Positions 7,933-10,114 of a stretch of 10,114 nt of DNA are shown here, in pieces. Both the position numbers and the translations under genes were made by a program. This stretch comes from a bacterium (GTDB lineage Bacteria > Zhuqueibacterota > Zhuqueibacteria > Oceanimicrobiales > Oceanimicrobiaceae). The stretch's first letter is position 1, and each line of letters begins with the position of its first letter. Under the pieces are notes generated by a model, which saw only the letters and a list, made by a program, of their open reading frames with translations, did no database searches and was not told where the DNA came from. The stretch is from assembly GCA_046758365.1 (NCBI GenBank), contig JBHIAC010000124.1, positions 1-10,114 on the forward strand, written 5' to 3'.

Positions 7933-8215
7933 TTAGAAAATAAGTGTACATAACGATTCCAAAAGCCATGAACAAGCTTAACCAGAATAGTACGCGACTA
8001 ATGAGGTGGGCATGAACTTTAATGTAATTCAAATAAAAAGAAATTACCAAGGATACGAACGTAAGCAACAAAAAAGCATGACGGTAACGCACCAATATCG
8101 CTGTGACAGACGCGCCTCCTAACCCGAGGAGGCTAAACACCAACGGAAGCGTTCAGCAAGGACGACTAAGAAAGGCAAAGAGAACAGTCAAAAAGCTGGT
8201 TACTTTTTCTTTCAT
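7928..8215 (-). CDS. MerT-like small membrane metal-transport protein, candidate selenoprotein (95 aa, Cys20-Sec21)
   Basis: The ATG at 8215 overlaps the NHL stop codon (ATGA) and is in frame with the 7928..8143 ORF. Translation: MKEKVTSFLTVLFAFLSRPC-TGA-TLPLVFSLLGLGGASVTAILVRYRHAFLLLTFVSLVISFYLNYIKVHAHLISRVLFWLSLFMAFGIVMYTYFLI. This matches the MerT pattern CCxxPL(V/L)xxxLGxxG...YR with about three hydrophobic segments. A SECIS-like hairpin follows the TGA. Confidence 0.8.
8109..8152 (-). promoter_or_regulatory. Candidate bacterial SECIS element
   Basis: The mRNA after the UGA is acgcuuccguu-GGUGU-uua-GCCUCCU-cggguu-AGGAGGC-GCGUC. It forms a perfect 7-bp stem (8133-8127 with 8120-8114) with a 6-nt loop whose second base is G, separated from the UGA by 26 nt. 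A weaker GU-rich lower stem is possible (8141-8137 with 8113-8109). Confidence 0.7.
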
Positions 8216-9153
8216 TTTTCCACCCATCTAAATTTTTGAATTCGATTATTACCAAAGTCTACCACGTAAATCTCACCCGCTTCGTTAATAACGATATCCG
8301 TTGGCCGCTCAAACTGACCCTCACCCTCTCCCTGGGACCCAAATTGAAATAGATAATTCCCCTGGTCATCCAACACTTGAACCCGGTGGTTGTAAAAGTC
8401 AACGACATAAATTCGATTCTTGGAATCAACCGTTACGGCATTGGCGACATCAAATTGTCCGGGCTCTACACCTTTGTTGCCCCAGGACTGCAGCGGCTCC
8501 GCGTTTGGGCAATATTTCTGGATGCGGTGATTATAGGCATCCGCTACCAAAATGTTCCCTTGTCTATCCACCGCCACATCCGTCGGGTAGTACAACTGAC
8601 CGAACTCGTGACCTTCGGTTCCAAATTCATCAAGAAATTTTCCATTTGGACTAAAAATTTGAATGCGGTGATTATAAAAATCCGCCAATAAAACTTTTCC
8701 ACTGGAATCGAAATTCACACCGGCGGGGCCATCCAATTCACCCGGCCCTTTGCCAGGTTGGCCCCACATGAATTGAAATTGTCCCCGCTCATTAAATACT
8801 TGCACCCGATCGTTACCAAATTCAGGAACATAGATTAGACCCTCGGCATTAGTAGCTAAATGCATAGGACGATCAAGCTCGCCTGCCGCACTGCTGTCCC
8901 GGCCCCACTCTGCAAGAAACTCTCCATCGGAAGTAAATTTCTGAATCCGATTGTTGCCCGCGTCAGATACATAGACATGTCCAAGCGCATCCAACGCCAC
9001 TCCAATAGGTTCACTAAATTGTCCCGGTTCTGCGCCCAAGCCACCCCACTGTGTAATGAACTCCACTCTGATGGTACTATTTTTTGAACAGCTTAAAAAA
9101 ATTAGTCCTGTAATCGAAACAACACAAATGCTCAGCCATGTTTTCGTTTTCAC
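8212..9153 (-). CDS. NHL-repeat six-bladed beta-propeller protein, predicted lipoprotein
   Basis: 313 aa with six NHL repeats of the form G(Q/E)(F/L)xxPxxVAxDxxGxIYVxDxxNxRIQxF. The N-terminal signal ends in the lipobox-like FLS-C22. The GTG start overlaps the upstream TGA (GTGA, 9153-9150). Confidence 0.92.
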   Translation of the reverse strand: MKTKTWLSICVVSITGLIFLSCSKNSTIRVEFITQWGGLGAEPGQFSEPIGVALDALGHVYVSDAGNNRIQKFTSDGEFLAEWGRDSSAAGELDRPMHLATNAEGLIYVPEFGNDRVQVFNERGQFQFMWGQPGKGPGELDGPAGVNFDSSGKVLLADFYNHRIQIFSPNGKFLDEFGTEGHEFGQLYYPTDVAVDRQGNILVADAYNHRIQKYCPNAEPLQSWGNKGVEPGQFDVANAVTVDSKNRIYVVDFYNHRVQVLDDQGNYLFQFGSQGEGEGQFERPTDIVINEAGEIYVVDFGNNRIQKFRWVEK

Positions 9154-9674
9154 TGGATCACCTCGAATTTCTCGATGGTAAAGGTGAATGGATGCGCATG
9201 ATGCCCTTCCGGGGTCTCATGGGCCAGAAAACCTGTAATTCTAACTAACTTCTCTGAACCCTTCAAATCCGATAGGAGTTTTTGCAGTTGTTCATTCTCT
9301 TTTAGAATAAATTTCACTTCTGAACCGTCGGTCGAAAATATTGGGGTAACGTCGCTTTGTCCGAGTTTGCCCACAATTGTTACCGTGATCTCTCGCGGAG
9401 TAAAGCCCGCGTCTTTAACCACGGATTCTAATTTTTCAACACCAATGGACTCCTCTTTCTTGCTTTGGAGAGTAGCAACACCTTTGTCTACATTGATTTT
9501 CACATCTTTTACACCTTCAATGCTTTTCAATTTCTTTTCCAAGCCGTAAGCGCAGAAAGGACAAGAGAGGCCGTCTACGCGGATCGTGACTTTTTCTACT
9601 TGCGCAGGTGCCGATGTCAAAAGCACGAAATTAAAAAGCAAAACACCAGCTAATAATAGAGTTAATTTTCTCAT
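9150..9674 (-). CDS. Secreted heavy-metal-associated (HMA) domain protein, MerP/CopZ-like, with an extra C-terminal domain
   Basis: Signal peptide MRKLTLLLAGVLLFNFVLLTSAPA|Q, then the HMA domain VDGLSCPFCAYGLEKKLKSIEGV...VKDAGF. A C-terminal extension of about 80 aa ends in the His-rich HETPEGHHAHP. Confidence 0.92.
   Translation of the reverse strand: MRKLTLLLAGVLLFNFVLLTSAPAQVEKVTIRVDGLSCPFCAYGLEKKLKSIEGVKDVKINVDKGVATLQSKKEESIGVEKLESVVKDAGFTPREITVTIVGKLGQSDVTPIFSTDGSEVKFILKENEQLQKLLSDLKGSEKLVRITGFLAHETPEGHHAHPFTFTIEKFEVIQ
9158..9164 (-). promoter_or_regulatory. Shine-Dalgarno site for the NHL gene
   Basis: GAGGTGA on the minus strand, with its GAGG core 7 nt upstream of the GTG at 9153. 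Confidence 0.65.
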
Positions 9675-9715
9675 AATTTATTTCTTTCATTTTATTAAAT
9701 TATAAATTTCTGAAT

Positions 9716-10114
9716 TCAAAATATTAAAATTCTCGTGCCAAACGAAACCGTCCAATCGGTGGCCAACTGCGTGCCGTTAGGTTCGGTCATGATTGGGATT
9801 TGCACGGTTGCTTCAACCAGCCAGCGCCGACCACCGACATACTGAAGACCTGGCGATAAAAAAATCGTGGTGCCGCCGGAATCATTTACTTTTTGAGCAT
9901 TAATCGTATTCTTGTACATCGTTGTTCCATTTATTTCTAAAAAACCATTCAATTGTGGTGAAGGATACATTTCGTAGACTGCCGGTAGTAGTCGGTAGCC
10001 AAAAGCAAAATTATATGAAACGCTGTTTCCAAAATCCACAGGTCCCTTGGAAGTATTCAGATTATAAATTCCCTCTAGATAGACTCCAACCCTTCCTTCA
10101 ATCCACCCAGCCAC
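9716..10114 (-). CDS. C-terminal part of a putative outer-membrane beta-barrel transporter, 5'-truncated by the window edge
   Basis: The frame is open from the window end. It has alternating amphipathic strands (VSYNFAFGYRL, LNGFLEING, DSGGTTIFLSPGLQY, LVEATVQIP, WTVSFGTRILIF) and a C-terminal Phe as in beta-signals. It resembles MetA-pathway-of-phenol-degradation-type barrels from recall. Confidence 0.72.
   Translation of the reverse strand: MAGWIEGRVGVYLEGIYNLNTSKGPVDFGNSVSYNFAFGYRLLPAVYEMYPSPQLNGFLEINGTTMYKNTINAQKVNDSGGTTIFLSPGLQYVGGRRWLVEATVQIPIMTEPNGTQLATDWTVSFGTRILIF

Noticed and set aside
7928..8143. 71-aa ORF starting at TTG 8143 as the complete gene
   Set aside because: It omits the first hydrophobic segment and the C-(U) motif. 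The coupled in-frame ATG at 8215 is a better start.
8153..8155. Genome-wide reassignment of TGA to Trp or Gly
   Set aside because: TGA ends several intact genes here (673, 3979, 9150, 8212, 9716), two of them in start/stop overlaps, and Trp is encoded by TGG. Any recoding must be site-specific.
8301..9653. Short ORFs overlapping the NHL and HMA genes (8301..8654, 8377..8691, 8856..9044, 8860..9087, 9367..9549, 9465..9653)
   Set aside because: They are shadow frames of confidently assigned minus-strand genes.
8206..9693. 13-bp direct repeat TTTCTTTCATTTT at 8206-8218 and 9681-9693 flanking the HMA and NHL genes
   Set aside because: It is low-complexity T-rich sequence in an AT-rich genome, and chance or similar translation-initiation context explains it. 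There is no other sign of a cassette boundary.

Overview
AT-rich bacterial window, probably from a diderm, holding two convergent gene clusters with decayed accessory DNA between them. Plus strand: the 3' part of an RND periplasmic adaptor gene (<2..673) and two tandem AcrB/AcrD/AcrF-family RND permeases (698..3979, 4213..7287). The permeases are separated by inverted arrays of an 8-bp repeat enclosing what looks like the C-terminal remnant of a four-helix-bundle gene. Minus strand: a probable heavy-metal-handling operon made of an outer-membrane beta-barrel (partial), a secreted HMA/MerP-like CxxC protein, a six-repeat NHL beta-propeller lipoprotein and a small MerT-like membrane protein. The ORF track truncates that last gene. 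It more plausibly starts at the ATG at 8215, overlapping the NHL stop codon, and reads through an in-frame TGA (8155..8153) at the second position of the MerT Cys-Cys motif. A bacterial SECIS-like hairpin follows the TGA, making this a candidate Cys-Sec selenoprotein metal transporter. Between the clusters lie a frameshifted RelE/ParE toxin fragment, a broken HsdS-type specificity gene and a possible degenerate dif-like site. All family calls come from motif recognition by eye; no database searches were run.
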